The notes under the pieces: generated by a model | Seen by the model: the letters and a program-made list of their open reading frames with translations, nothing else | What the model was told of the DNA's origin: nothing | Databases searched by the model: none | Made by a program: the position numbers and the translations under genes | Part shown: piece by piece, positions 27,201-42,200 of the stretch | Position numbering within the stretch: position 1 is the first letter of the stretch | Layout of the letters: every line of letters begins with the position of its first letter | Assembly: GCA_002633005.1 (NCBI GenBank) | Contig: NMRA01000352.1 | Span: forward strand, 1-64,000 | Origin: Phoronis australis | Lineage: Eukaryota > Animalia > Phoronida | Length of the DNA: 64,000 nt | Direction: 5' to 3'

Positions 27201-30200
27201 GGATGAGCAGCTCCCTACCCTGTTGCCATCGACGGAACGTGAAGATGATTGACCATTGGACGTGGATGACTGTGAAGTGGGCTTGTTCAAAGCCACATCT
27301 GTGCTCACTGTAGGTATTGAGAGAATCCTTACAGCTTAGTGCAAACATTCTCGGAATAATTGTTCCATAACTGAGCTAATGTGTGTTTCATCAATTGCTT
27401 TGAAGGTATTATATAGACAATTGTATAGCCACAGGTGGGGGTGGGTGGGCAAAACGGGGTCATGTCCCCTTGTTCATTGCAATAAAAGCCCCCCTGGTTG
27501 AAATTCAAAATGCAAAAGAGAACAAATTAAGTCTTGTCTGGCCTTAACCAGGTTTCTGACTATTCGCAAAAAGCGATACTCGACAAGAAACAAGCCAAAA
27601 AAAAAATTTTTGTAATGAAAGAGGTCGCAGACCACGACAAACACCACATGATCACAGCTGAACCATCAAGCTGAGGTGACAGCGTCAAAATAGCGTGCCA
27701 CCTCCTGTTGAGTGTAATGACACTACATTATTTGCGCACATGTTTTCTTTGTTCTAGTTTTTATATTCTGTAAGCTCGAGGCAAACAAATCCTTCGTAAC
27801 TCTAAATGGAATTCTTGCAAGGGATGTAACGATCTTGAGCAAAAGACACACAGAGTAAGTTTGGTTTGACCTACCGTTACATATTGGAAGAGTACCAGTC
27901 CATGTTCCTGAGACATTGCACGTTCTTACTGAGTCTCCGGCACTCATCAGTGTCCCCAGCATGCATGTGTATTTAACAGAGCTACCAACAAGAAATATGT
28001 CTCCGCTCCTTGTAGTGTTGGAGGAGTTGCCCGGATGTTCACACACTTTAACTTGGAGAGCTACAAGAATCAGGGCCTTTAATTTAGGTTTAAATCAACT
28101 AGAAACACTCATGACTCAATTCAGCAGTCTTTGATGACTTAGTTGCCTAACGCACACTCAAAGAAAAAGGCAATAGTTGGATATAACGTGCCCGTATTTT
28201 GAGAACCAGTTTGATGTCTGCTATTAAGTGGAGAAAACTGGTTCTCAAAATTCAGGCACATTATATCCAACCATTACTCAGAATAATATAGATGTGATAA
28301 TTCTTCACTTATTTAGCACACAATGTGGCCGACAAGTGAAATTCTATTTTGTCAAATTTCTTCACAAAAGTAGATTTTTAAGAGCCTTTTAGTCTGTTAT
28401 TAGCAAGGTTTGCGGTGGGTAGATGTCATCATTTGCTTATTTTAAGTTCCCATTATTTGCAAAAAAAGAATCAATCATTGAAAAATGGGAAAATGACCAT
28501 TTTGGCAATTATTTTCTGCAAAATAAGTGAAGAATTGCCACAACATGAAAGTTTCTAGGCATCCAATAGAGAAATAAGAAATTAAATCGAATGGTGGAGC
28601 TAAATGACTCGCTAATAACCTTACGTCTGCTTCTCACAGACTTCAAATCGGCTGCTGATGTTTAGACCACTGAACAGAGTTCTGGTTAGGTGGCATGGTG
28701 AATCGACGATGGTCGTGTCTCGTATATGATAAGCGCCGAAATCCAAGACTCCCCGATTTTTTGGCGTTGGTTTCTCTACGCGTTGGAATAACGCCTCTTT
28801 GACATCTCTTCTAAACCAGTCCATCTCACTATCTGTTTCAACAACATCCCTGATTTCAAAATCATGTCCTGTACAGTAGAGATGACCCTAAAGCTACTGA
28901 TTCATAATGAGGCTCCATAACTAGAGTGGCAGTGTTCACAAACGCACGTCTTCAACGACTGCTTCGCTTCACTGACACAACTGTCCCAACACAAAGCTTG
29001 CTTGAACTACGTACTACATGACATGTTTTCCTTCAGAATTCTTTCCTTGGCATTTGCAATTTGGTTATATGCAAAATTTGAAACCAGCACTCTCTCATTG
29101 ACATAGACAGAATTTCCCAACAAGCAACCACAAAAAAATGAAAATTCACTTACTACCAATAACATCTAACCGCAGACACTTGCTTCCCTGGTAAGTCACA
29201 GGCTTCACACGAATGTAACGCGCAGCCACAGGGATGGGAAAGACTTGTTCCACTGGGGTATCACGATCACTGTTACCAATGAACTATGTACAAATTAATT
29301 TGAATTAGTCATTGACAATACCTTTCTTTGTGTACTGTAAGACCGCAGAGACGAAGAAATCAAATGATAGATCTGGGCCAGGCATAAATTAAGCATCACT
29401 CAATTACTGAACAATGTTCTTTGAATTCGATAGTTCACATTAGACTATCTGCGGTCATATCTGAAATTCCTGATGATACATCCATAACATATACTAAGTG
29501 CCTTATGCTGCCAGCTGGCATCAGATTATATCTACCGTCGATTTTTAAGGTTATGTAGGGCGTTATGGACAGGTCACCGTATTTAGCCAAATTAAGTTTT
29601 AACTCAGTAAAAATATTTATTGACAGTAGAAAGGCTGCAGAATTTGATTTTTGACTTTTTACCAAATAAGGTACCTTGAGAGCAAAACAATGGTATCAAT
29701 AACATGATCAATTTGATGGTATCAATAACATGATCAATTTGATGGTATCAATCACATGATCAATTTGATGGTATCAATAACATGATCAATTTGATGGTAT
29801 CAATAACATGGTCAATTTGATACAAATGTTCAAGGTGAGATCTCATGATCAAAAATGCTGTAACAGTGTTACTAACAGTGTTACAGTTTTCTAAAACACC
29901 ATTTAAAGTTGTCTCATGAAAATCATAAGAGTCAGCAACCCAGAATTTGTAGCTTAGATTTATTTGGGTTTTGGCACAAAATTTGATGAGAAAAACTGTA
30001 TCACAACTAACGCGATGCCTCCAACAATCAGTTAATATCCAGGTCAAATAATCTACAGTAAAACCTAACTAATTAAAGACGCAATATGGCAGAAAAGTGT
30101 CTTATTTTAAAATTTTATAAATTTAACAAGATATTAGGAGCACAAAATAAATTCTTCTAGTTCTGTAACATAGCCACCACTTCACTAAATAATTTCATCC

Positions 30201-33200
30201 GACTGCAGATTGGAAACACTGAGAGAGTTCATATATTCACAGTCGATATGGACGTACCTTGCTAATTAACGTTTTCCACCATCGCGTACCGTGGTCTTTT
30301 TCAAACTTTCTCACACACGACCTCCATACAGTTTGAAAAAGAGCACAGTACCCGATGGTCAAAAACGTTACCCAGCAAGGTATGTAAATATCAACTCTGA
30401 ATAGGTGAACCCCATAGTGATAGCCACCATCTCCCAACAAAATTCTGGGCATTCACGATTTCAGAAAAGAATCTACGGCAATAATTTTAGTCCAAAATTC
30501 AACTGAGAATTTACCGACAATAATTCAAGGATGAGATTGAGATATGATATAAAGGACACATATTGATGTACAAAGACTGTCACAAGTTTAATGCAAAACC
30601 ACAGAATGGACACAGGCTTGCACAGGCCTGGTGACGAACAAATGATTTTGTTATTTGTAAGTAGTACTTGTTTTGTTTACTCCACCACAAAACACTAACA
30701 AGTTGAACCCTGTGCTTGAAGTGGAGTGAACAAAACTGAATGGAATCACTTACAGTAATGCATCCATCGGAGCCTGAAACACACAGAAACGTGTTTCCAT
30801 CAAAAGAAGTTGATATCTCCATAGTCTTAGTCCACCAATCGTTATCAGCTTTACCCTGAAACAAAAGCAACGTAAACCGCTGTCATACACCCCACATCAA
30901 TTTGTGCACTGTAAATTCTATGTTACAAGTCAACAGACAAAAGGTTCCACTTGGAGGTCCAACACTAAGTCCAGATTTATTCAAACCTTGACTAGTCTCC
31001 TAGACTATTACCCTCTCCTAAAAACAAAAACACACTTAATAAGAAATTGCTACTAAAAGACGCAGCACGCCAAGACCTCATAAAAAATACAGTGTTCACA
31101 ACAGCTAAATAAATATTCTACATACAATTTTCAGAGACAAGAAAGCACAAGTCATTCACTCAACACAATTTCTAATTCTGGTGTGCTACATTAGGGCTGA
31201 GTTGGAGGCAGGGACAGATAGAATGCAATTTCTTTCAATCTCAGAAATTTTGAGACAATCAAGTGCAAGTGCTAAATAATTAATTATACAGTTTAAACAT
31301 TTTATCATCTTGATCACTATATACTTAGTTACTGTAGAGGGTGCCAAGGTTTCATGAACTGTGTTACTACACTGACACTGGGACATTGCTTTTTAAGGAA
31401 AATTAGTCTGCACATTTTCTCCATATTCAATCACCTTGTCAATCGCAACATAGTTTGCTTGACCAAAGGCTCTGCCCCACCCCCAACTCAAGAGTTAGCT
31501 CCATCACCTAAGAAGATAAAAGTTTCACTACAGTGCCGAAGGCAATATGAGAACTGCAGTTGTTTGAAAATGCAAAAACTAAACTTTAATCAGTTATTGT
31601 ATTTTAAAACAACCCCAATTCTCTTAAAAGCGACAACTGACTCGAGCGTTGATCAATTTCTAGTACAGTTAGATACCACGACCACAAACACATCTCACTG
31701 TGATGGTGTGGCAATTAAAAACACCTTAATGGAGAATTAATAACATTTCTCATCACCCATCTCACCTTAGTGACTATCTTGACCACAGTGACCACTTGAC
31801 CAAGGTCCAGCTGAAGGTAATCGTTGGAATTGGAGCCATCCTGGGCACACCAGGCTCCAGAAGAGTTGTACGATGACTGACTTGTTGAGCAGCAGGAGTG
31901 AGATGATGAAGCCGTCACGGTGATGGTAAGACCTAGTGACGAGGTGGTCGTCAAGGAAACTTCGTCTTCAGGGTCTGAACAGAACAAAATCAAAGTTTCT
32001 AATGATTTCAACCAGTCGGCGGCAGGATTATACATAATTAAACTTATATTCCTGAATGGACAAACCTTTGAAAACTCTAAAAATATGGTAATTATAACTG
32101 CTAACCACTGCAGTTTCTTGGGGACAACTATAGAGTACTGTGTGGTTAACCTCATGCATGAATTCTAAATTAGACAGGTAGACTTGTGGTTAAGGCAGTA
32201 GATGAAAGTCACATGATTCAATTGGTGAGAAAGTCGACGGTCACTGGTCTCATAGATTTTACCAAAAACATAAAAGAAAAACCTTTACAGTGGAATTAAT
32301 GTTCATAGTTGAAAAAAAAACACATCCACATACCATACTAAGAAAATCACTGCATGAAAAAGCTATCAACAATTTATTGCTGCAGTGTGGTATGGCATAA
32401 ACTTGTGGAATTCTACTCAACTTTATTCATACTTCATTGTGACTGATTATATCCCTTAAATATTTGCAGTCAGAAAAAGGACAAAACCATGACATTTTCT
32501 TAACACATGCACTGAGCAAGCCATCAGAATAGTCTTTTGTCAAATTTCACTAAGATCCTTAATTGGTTTATGAAATAAGACAAAAAAGCATACAGCAAAA
32601 ATGCTCCATTTGAGGGACAACACAATTCAAGTCAAATTGCATTTCCTTCATTCAGAAAAATGTCCCATGAGCGATTTTGGCATTCAACATTTTTCTGTTT
32701 AGCATCAACAGAGTCTGAAAATAGACATGGCTGTTCATTAAATTGTTGAAAACAGCCATTGACACAATGTTTTCACGCCTCACTATAGTTTGTAACGACA
32801 TGGTAACTACTGATCGCTTGGTGCTGAAGGTATTATGAATGTGGGACAGCGAATACCTTATTTCTAAAATTTGTTACACAACCTTTAGCAAATTTTTTAC
32901 TGTCTCAAGCAGGGAAATTTTGTTCCATAGTTGGTTGATTTTTGGTTGTTTTGAAAACTCATGAGGTGGTGCGGCATTTCTAGTCGCCCATTTAAAAAAT
33001 TCATCTAACACAAGTAGAAGTGATGCATTTTTTTTGATCAACTCAGACCAGTTTCAAACCAGTTTCAGTGCCACAGCTACATGATTGCCAGTGGTAGTTG
33101 CCATGCCGATGGGGTGTGAAACAGTGTATCACTGACACTGATACCTTACCAGACAAGCAAGGGCTTTCAAGACTTTACCAGAGTGTGCCTTCACTAGGTT

Positions 33201-36200
33201 TTCCAAAAATGGAAGTTTGAGATGTTGGCAGAATTCGTTTCTGAGCAGAGCCTTATTTTTCAAAATGAGTACAGACCAGAACTAAGAATGCCTTTTTGGC
33301 CTAATCAGCAGACAAGCGAAATGATCTCATAAAATGAACACTTTGTGAATGCATAACAAAACGGACACAGTTGGTGACAAGCTCACCAAGTCCTTAGCTG
33401 AATTATGCCACCACACATACCTATACTTCTGGTGCACACAGGGGGCGCTCCCGTCCATGCAACAGCCAGCAGACACGTCCTCTTCAGGTTGCCTGACGTC
33501 AAAGCATACTTTAGCCATACGAGTTACACCCAGTAGGAAACACTTTTTCTGAATTTTCAAATAAATCATTTAGCGATCGAACAACGACAAAGAGCTTACT
33601 TTGACATTGGAGTGGTGACCCAGCCCAATGACCAGTTTCATTACACCTGAGAATGAAGTCACCACTGGACCACCTATATCCTGTCACACATGTGTAGTTG
33701 GCAATGTCATCAAATTTTGAGCCAGACGTCACAACTGTGGTATGTGGCAAAGTGGGTGCTACTCCGCATGATATTTCTGAAAAAAGAATCAAGGGTTTTG
33801 TGGCTTACCAAGGAGAGATGTCTAAAAGAGTGTTCCCATGATGGACCACACAGAAAGTGATCAATGTAATGTCTAACAATATCTTGACATTTTGTGTACA
33901 GGATGCATGAGGAATCCAGCACAGGTAAAAAACTGACCCTACGAAATGATGGTCCCACAGTTGGAGTTAAATGCCAACACAATAGCCCACTGAATTCAGT
34001 CCTGCTGCTTAGACTGCTTGGAATGGTCATCTGAGGAAATCCGTTAATGACACCTCCTTGGGTATGAAAACTGGGTGCCTGTGACTGTAGGCAGCCCAGC
34101 CAGATGACTCTATTGTGTTGGGATGGAATCGGTTAAATTAAAATTGAAACATGGACTTCAGATGACAAAGTGAATTGGGTTTTGGCTTGAGTTTTCACCT
34201 GTACCAAGTCTGTCTTGGAACAGATCACACTTCAAACCACATTTCATATTTTCTAAAGCACCATCCATTCAGCCAGGTAATACTAGCAAAACAACATGGT
34301 CGAAAATACGAATTTAAACTCTCACTGGTAGTGTTCCAACAGTTTAACATTAGTCTCCTCAAGTGAGCAAGAACCATAAAAAATGGTCATATTTGTCATG
34401 TTATCTGTACATTTCACTTCTGGTGGCAGATAAGTTAAACGCTATCTTTCATTTTAATTCAGAATTTACTAATCGGATATTTTCAGACTGTATGTCTAAG
34501 TACATGATTTAGGAATATTTCTTGCGTAGTATAATATAGTAATCAACATGTCCCCGTGTTCATTACATAAAAGCCCCCTGGTTGAAATCCAAAATGCAAA
34601 AGACAAAAAATTAAGTCTTGTCTGTCCTTAATCAGACTTCTGACAATTGGCAAACAAATCTTTTGTAACTCTAAATGAAATTTTTGCAAAGGCTCCTGAG
34701 CAAAAAACACACAGAGTAAGTTTTGTTTGACCTACCACTACATGTTGGAAGAGTACCAGTCCATGTTCCTGACACATTGCACGTTCTTACTGAGTCTCCG
34801 GCACTCATCAGTGTCCCCAGCATGCATGTGTATTTAACAGAGCTACCAACAAGAAATATAAATCCGCTCCTTGAAGCGTTGGAAGGGATGCCAGGATCTC
34901 CACAAACTTTAACTTGGAGAGCTACAAAATTCGGTGCATTTAACTTATGTTTAAATCAACTAGAAAGTCACACGTGACATCAATTTAGCAGTCTTTGATG
35001 ACTTATAGTTGTCTAACACACACTTACAGAATAAGGCAACAGTCTGATATAACGTGCCCGTACTTTGAAAACCAGTTTGATGCACGTTATTCAGTGGAGA
35101 AAACTGGTTCTCAAAATTCAGGCACATTATATCCAACCATTACCCAGAATAATATAGATGTGATAATTCTTCACTTATTTAGCACACAATATGGCTGACA
35201 AGTGAGATTCTGTTTGGCCATTAAATTTCTAAACATAAGTAGACATTTTTTAGAACACTTTAGTCTATTAGCAATGGGTTTGCGGTGCACAGATGTCATC
35301 ATTTGCTAAAAGTTCCTATATGCAGAAAATGGGAAATGACCATTATGATAACCAATTCCATGTGAAATAAGCGGAGAATTGCCACAGCATGAAAGTTTCT
35401 AGACATCGAGCTGTAAAAGATAAATAAGAATTACATCAAACGTTGGAACTAAGCGACTCGTTAGCAACTTACGACTGCTGCTCACAGACTACAGCTTGGC
35501 CATTGATGTTCAGACCACTGAATGGAGTTCTGTTTAGATGGCATTGTGTATCAGATATGGTAGTTTCTCGTATGTGATAAGTACTGAAATCTAAGACAGC
35601 CTGCCATTTTGGCGACGGTTTCTCTCATGCATCACTTTGACATCACTTCTAAACCAGTCTATCTCACAATCTAAGATTTTGATAACATCCCTAATTTCAA
35701 AATCATATCCTGAACTGTTGAGATGACAATAAAATTATCAGTCTATACAAGGCCCCATAACTAGGGTGGCAGTTTTCCGACACACACATCTTCAAGGACT
35801 GTTTCGCATCACTGACACAACTATCCCAACACAGAGCTTGCTTGAATGGCACACTACACGACAGAATTCTTTCCTTGGCATTCACAATTTGGTTATGCAA
35901 AATTTGAAATTAGCACTCTGTCACTGACAAACTAAGACAGAATTTCCCAACAAGCAACCACAAAAAAAAGAAAATTCACTTACTACCAATAACATCCAAT
36001 CGCAGACACTTGCTTCCCTGGTAAGTCACAGGCTTCACACGAATGTAACGCGCAGCCACAGGGATGGGAAAGACTTGTTCCACTGGTGTATCACGATCAC
36101 TGTTACCAATGAACTATGTACAAATTAATTTGAATTAGTCATTCACAATACCTTTCTTTGTGTACTGTAAGACCGCAGAGATGCAGAAATCAAAATAGAT

Positions 36201-39200
36201 CTGGGCCAAGCGTAAATTAAGCATCACTCAATTTCCGAACGAAAGACCAATAAATTTCCCAATGTTCTTTGAATTCGATAGTTCACATAGACCTTCAAAT
36301 TTAAGGTTACGGAGGGTGTTATTGACAGGTCAGCGTATTTAGTCAAACAAAATTTTAATTCGGTAAAAATTGATATGTTTTGACAGTAGGAAGGCTACAG
36401 AATTTAATTTTTGACTTTTTACCAACTAAGGTACCTTGAGAGCAAAACAATGGTATCAATAACATGATCAATTTGATGGTATCAATAACATGATCAATTT
36501 GATGGTATCAATAACATGATCAATTTGATACAAATGTTCATGGTGAGATCTCAAAAATGCTGTAACAGTGTTACACTTTTCTAAAATATCATTTCATTTT
36601 CGTTTCATGCTGCTTTAAAGATTTTTCATGAAAATCATAAAAGTCGGCAACCCAGAATTCATAGCTTAGATTTAATTGGGTTTTCGCACAAAATTTAATC
36701 AGTATGACTGTATCACACCTGTCATGATGCCTTCGACATATTAATAATCGGGTCAAATAATCTACAGTAAAATTTCACTAACTTAAGGGCTGTTCCAGCA
36801 AAAAATGTGGGGGGAAGGCACTTCTATTTTGTACCCACCGCCCATATTTTTCATTTATTTCTCCAACCCATCCCCATAACTTTTTAATTAATAGGCTAAA
36901 ATATAAAATCCAACACTTGCAAACAAACTGCTTCCAAGATGACCTTAAGAACTTACTTGATCGACAGACAGGAACTAGTCGTCTTGTCCAATATTGTCAA
37001 AAACTAAAGTAGCCAAGAGGGTGGTCAAATACAAAAATTACTTCGGTCAACGCATCCATCCCTGCTATATATTTTTGTGCCAAATTTCCAGTTGTGCCTA
37101 GCAGTTTTTGAGATAATCAACCTGTCTTGACAAAAACTAACAGGGTGCCACAACACTTGAATCCAGCATCTAAAAATTGACTGGTGCTGGCACGTTCTTG
37201 CGATATACATCTATTTCGAATTTCATCGTGATCAGTGAAGCAGTTTATGAGCTAATCAACATACAAGGAATGGCTTGTCGAAAACTAAAGCAGCCAACAT
37301 GGGGTACCAAGGTTGCCAAATCTGCCCGGAAATCGACTGATGCAGGTGCATCCATGCTGTGAACATTCCCACTAAACGAGATGATGTCACAACCCCACTG
37401 ACCTGTGGAGTTTGGCCAATTGAACTAGACTGTATTTATCCACCTTGGCTGTGTTGCGCTCAGCTCACGATCAAAGGGATCTCACCTAGCTGCTCTATTC
37501 ATCGAGTCACGAGCGAGGATAATTGGCTTCACTCATGCGATGTGTTTGGGTACTTGCCAAGCGAATTTTTGGCAAGTTTTGATTTCTTTTGAGATGTGTT
37601 TGGCTGAAAATACCAACATTTGCAGGTCAAAAAATACCACCCAGTTTTAATGCTTTACTTCTTATAAAAACCACCACCCATAATTTGAGTTTTTTTCTGA
37701 AGACCACCACCCATGCATTTTTATTTCAGCTGCTGCCCCCCTCCCACACGGATTTTGCTGGAACAGCCCTAAGACACAATATGGCAGACAAGTGAACTTT
37801 TATTTTTAAAATTTCCCAACAAGAGAGGTAACACAGAATCAATTCTTCTAGTTCTGTAACATAGTTAGCCATCATCAGATAATTTTTTGTTTTGAGAAAT
37901 TCTGGATATTCACAATTTTAGAAAAAAAATCTATGGTAATTATTTTAGTCCAAAATTAGTGAGACTTTAACATAATTCAAGAACAAGACTGAGATATGTG
38001 AAACAATATAAAGTACACATCTTGATGAAAAAAAGACTGTCACAAGTTTGTTGCAACTGAGCAAAACCAGAGAATGGGCACAGGCTTGCCAAGGTCAGGT
38101 GGTGCACAGAGGTAGCAGGTCATGTGTCATTTTCAAAATAAATGTTTTTACTATTTGTAAGTAGTACTTGTTTTGTTGGAGGGAACAAAACTGAATTGAA
38201 TCACTTACTGTAATGCATCCATCGGAGCCTGAAACACACAGAAACGTGTTTCCATCAAATGAAGTTGATATCTCCATAGTCTTAGTCCACCAATCGTTAT
38301 CAGCTTTACCCTGAAACAAAAGCAACGCAAACCGCTGTCATACACCCCACATCAATTTGTGCATAGCTACAATAAGTCAACAGAGAAAAACTTCCACTTG
38401 GAAGTCCAACACTAAATGAAGATTCATTCACAAAACTTGACTACTAGACTGTTACCTTCTCCTGAAAATAAAGCACACTTGCTAAGAAATTGCTACTAGG
38501 TGGCGCCACATGCCACGACCTGTTTATCCCATAAACATGTGTTCACAACAGCAAACATTCTACATACAGTTTTTCAGAGATGCCAAAGCATGAAAGTGTC
38601 TTTCACTCAACCCATTAGGGATGAGTTGGCAGGGTCACATTTCATATTTCTGTGAATGGTCTGATTATGCTACCGCACAACAGTGGCAATTTGAAGGGAA
38701 GATGGTTACAAAGAATTTACAGAAACTGCAAAAATCGCATGGCATGAAAGCCATCAATGCAGAATGCTGTCCACCAACTAGTACCCTATTGCCATCTAGT
38801 GACTAGGTGTATTTCATAACGTTGTAAAATGGCTATCATCCCCTAACAGATGAAATCCACTTTAGGGCAAAAAATGCTTCGGCAAATATCCAGGTTTGAT
38901 AGTTATACTAAACAACTGCAGTCTCAGGAGAAACACCCTCCATTGGAGTATGACCAANGTACCAAGTCTGTCTTGGAACAGATCACACTTCAAACCACAT
39001 TTCATATTTTCTAAAGCACCATCCATTCAGCCAGATAATACTAGCAAAACAACATGGTCGAAAATACGAATTTAAACTCTCACTGGTAGTGTTCCAATAG
39101 TTTAACATTAGTCTCTTCAAGTGAGCAAGAACCATACAAAATAGTCATATTTGTCATGTTATATATGTACATTTCACTTCTGGTGGCAGATAAGTTAAAC

Positions 39201-42200
39201 GCTATCTTTCATTTTAATTCAGAATTTACTAATCGGATATTTTCAGACTGAATGTCTAAATACATGATTTAGGAATATTTCTTGCGTAGTATAATATAGT
39301 AATCAACATGTCCCCATGTTCATTACATAAAAGCCCCCTGGTTGAAATCCAAAATGCAAAAGACAAAAAATTAAGTCTTGTCTGTCCTTAATCAGACTTC
39401 TGACTATTGGCAAACAAATCTTTCGTAACTCTCAATGAAATTTTTGCAAAGGATGTAATGGTCCTGAGCAAAAGACACACAGAGTAAGTTTTGTTTGACC
39501 TACCACTACATGTTGGAAGAGTACCAGTCCATGTTCCTGAGACATTGCACGTTCTTACTGAGTCTCCGGCACTCATCAGTGTCCCCAGCATGCATGTGTA
39601 TTTAACAGAGCTACCAACAAGAAATATAAATCCGCTCCTTGAAGCGTTGGAAGGGATGCCAGGATCTCCACACACTTTAACTTGGATTGCTACAAAATTC
39701 GGTGCATTTAACTTAGGTTTAAATCAACTAGAAAGTCACACGTGACATTAATTTAGCAGTCTTTGATGACTTATAGTTGTCTAACACACACTTACAGAAT
39801 AAGGCAACAGTCTCATATAACGTGCCCGTACTTTGAAAACCAGTTTGATGCACCTTATTCAGTGGAGAAAACTGGTTCTCAAAATTCAGGCACATTATAT
39901 CCAACCATTACCCAGAATAATATAGATGTGATAATTCTTCACTTATTTAGCACACAATATGGCTGACAAGTGAGATTCTGTTTCGCTATTAAATTTCTAA
40001 ACATAAGTAGACATTTTTTAGAACACTTTAGTCTATTAGCAATGGGTTTGCGGTGCACAGATATCATCATTTGCTAAAAGTTCCTATATGCAGAAAATGG
40101 GAAATGACCATTATGATAACCAGTTCTGTGTGAAATAAGTGGAGAATTGCCACAGCATGAAAGTTTCTAGACATCCAGCTGTAAAAGATAAATAAGAATT
40201 AAATCAAACGCTGGAACTAAGCGACTCGTTAGCAACTTATGTCTGCTGCTCACAGACTACAGCTTGGCCATTGATGTTCAGACCACTGAATGGAGTTCTG
40301 TTTAGATGGCATGTATCAGATATGATAGTTTCTCGTACGTGATAAGTACTGAAATCTAAGACAGCCTGCCTTTTTGGCGACAATTTCTCTCATGCATCAC
40401 TTTTACATTGCTTCTAAACCAGTCTATCTCACAATCTAAGATTTTGATAATATCCCTAATTTCAAAATCATATCCTGAACTGTTGAGATGACAATAAAAT
40501 TATCAGTCCATACAAGGCCCCATAACTAGGGTGGCAGTGTTCAGACACACAGATCTTCAAGGACTGTTTCGCATCACTGACACAACTATCCCAACACAGA
40601 GCTTGCTTGAACGGCACACTACACGACAGAATTCTTTCCTTGGCATTCACAGTTTGGTTATGCAAAATTTGAAATTAGCACTCTGTCACTGACAAACTAA
40701 GACAGAATTTCCCAACAAGCAACCACAAAAAACTGAGAATTCACTTACTACCAATAACATCTAACCGCAGACACTTCCTTCCCTGGTAAGTCACAGGCTT
40801 CACACGAATGTAACGCGCAGCCACAGGGATGGGAAAGACTTGTTCCACTGGTGTATCACGATCACTGTTACCAATGAACTATGTACAAATTAATTTGAAT
40901 TAGTCATTCACAATACCTCTCTTCGTGTACTGTAAGACCGCAGAGATGCAGAAATCAAATGATAGATCTGGGCCAGGCATAAATTAAGCATCACTCAATT
41001 ACCGAACGAAAGAACAATAAATTTCCCAATGTTCTTTGAATTTGATAGTTCACATAGACCATCATCTTTAAGGTTACAGAGGGTGTTATTGACAGGTCAG
41101 CGTATTTAGTCAAATAAAATTTTAACTTGGTAAAAATAGATATTTTCTGACAGTAGAAAGGCTGCAGAATTTGATTTTTGACTTTTTACCAACTAAGGTA
41201 CCTTGAGAGCAAAACAATGGTATCAATAACATGATCAATTTGATGGTATCAATAACATGATCAATTTGATGGTATCAATAACATGATCAATTTGATACAA
41301 ATGCTCAAGGTGAGATCTCAAAAATGCTGTAACAGTGTTACTAACAGTGTTACAGTTTTCTAAAATATCATTTCGTTTTCGTTTCATGCAGCTTAATTTA
41401 AAGATTTTTCATGAAAATCAAAAGTCGGCGACCCAGAATTCATAGCTTAGATTTAATTGGGTTTTCGCACAAAAATTATTCAGTATGACTGTTTCACACC
41501 TGTCATGATGCCTTCAACATATTAATAATCGGGTCAAATAATCTACAGTAAAATTTCACTTATTTAAGGGCTGTTCCAGCAAAAAATGTGTGGGGGAAAG
41601 GCACTTCTATTTTGTACCCACCGCCCATATTTCTCATTTATTTCTCCAACCCATCCCAACAACTTTTTAATTAATAGGCTAAAATATAAAATCCAACACT
41701 TGCAAACAAACTGCTTCCAAGATGACTTTAAGAACTTACTTGATCGACAGACAGGAACTATAGTCGTCTTGTCCAATATTGTCAAAAACTAAAGTAGCCA
41801 AGAGGGTGGTTAAATACAAAAATTACTTCTGTCAACGCATCCATCCCTGCTATATACTTTTGTGCCAACTTTCCAGTTGTGCCTAGCACTTTTTGAGATA
41901 ATCAACCTGTCTTGTCAAAAACTAACAGGGTGTCACAATAGTTGAATCCAGCGTCCAAAAATTGACTGGTACTGGCACATTCTTGCGATATGCATCTATT
42001 TCGAATTTCATCGTGATCAGTGAAGCAGTTTATGAGCTAATCAACATACAAGGAATGGCTTGTTGAAAACTAAACCGGCCAACATGGGGTACCAGGGTTG
42101 CCAAATCCACCCGGAAATCGACTGATGCAGGCGCATCCATGCTGTGAACATTCCCACTAAACGAGATGATGTCACAACCCCCCTGACCTGTTAGGTTTGG

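Noticed and set aside
29690-29821. 26-bp repeats as CRISPR or iterons
   Set aside because: Head-to-tail units with no spacers; an ordinary minisatellite.
34736-38310. A third F5/8C-CCP block in the protein
   Set aside because: Lacks its part-a exon, is phase-incompatible with exon 13 and abuts an N join, so it is not counted in the model.
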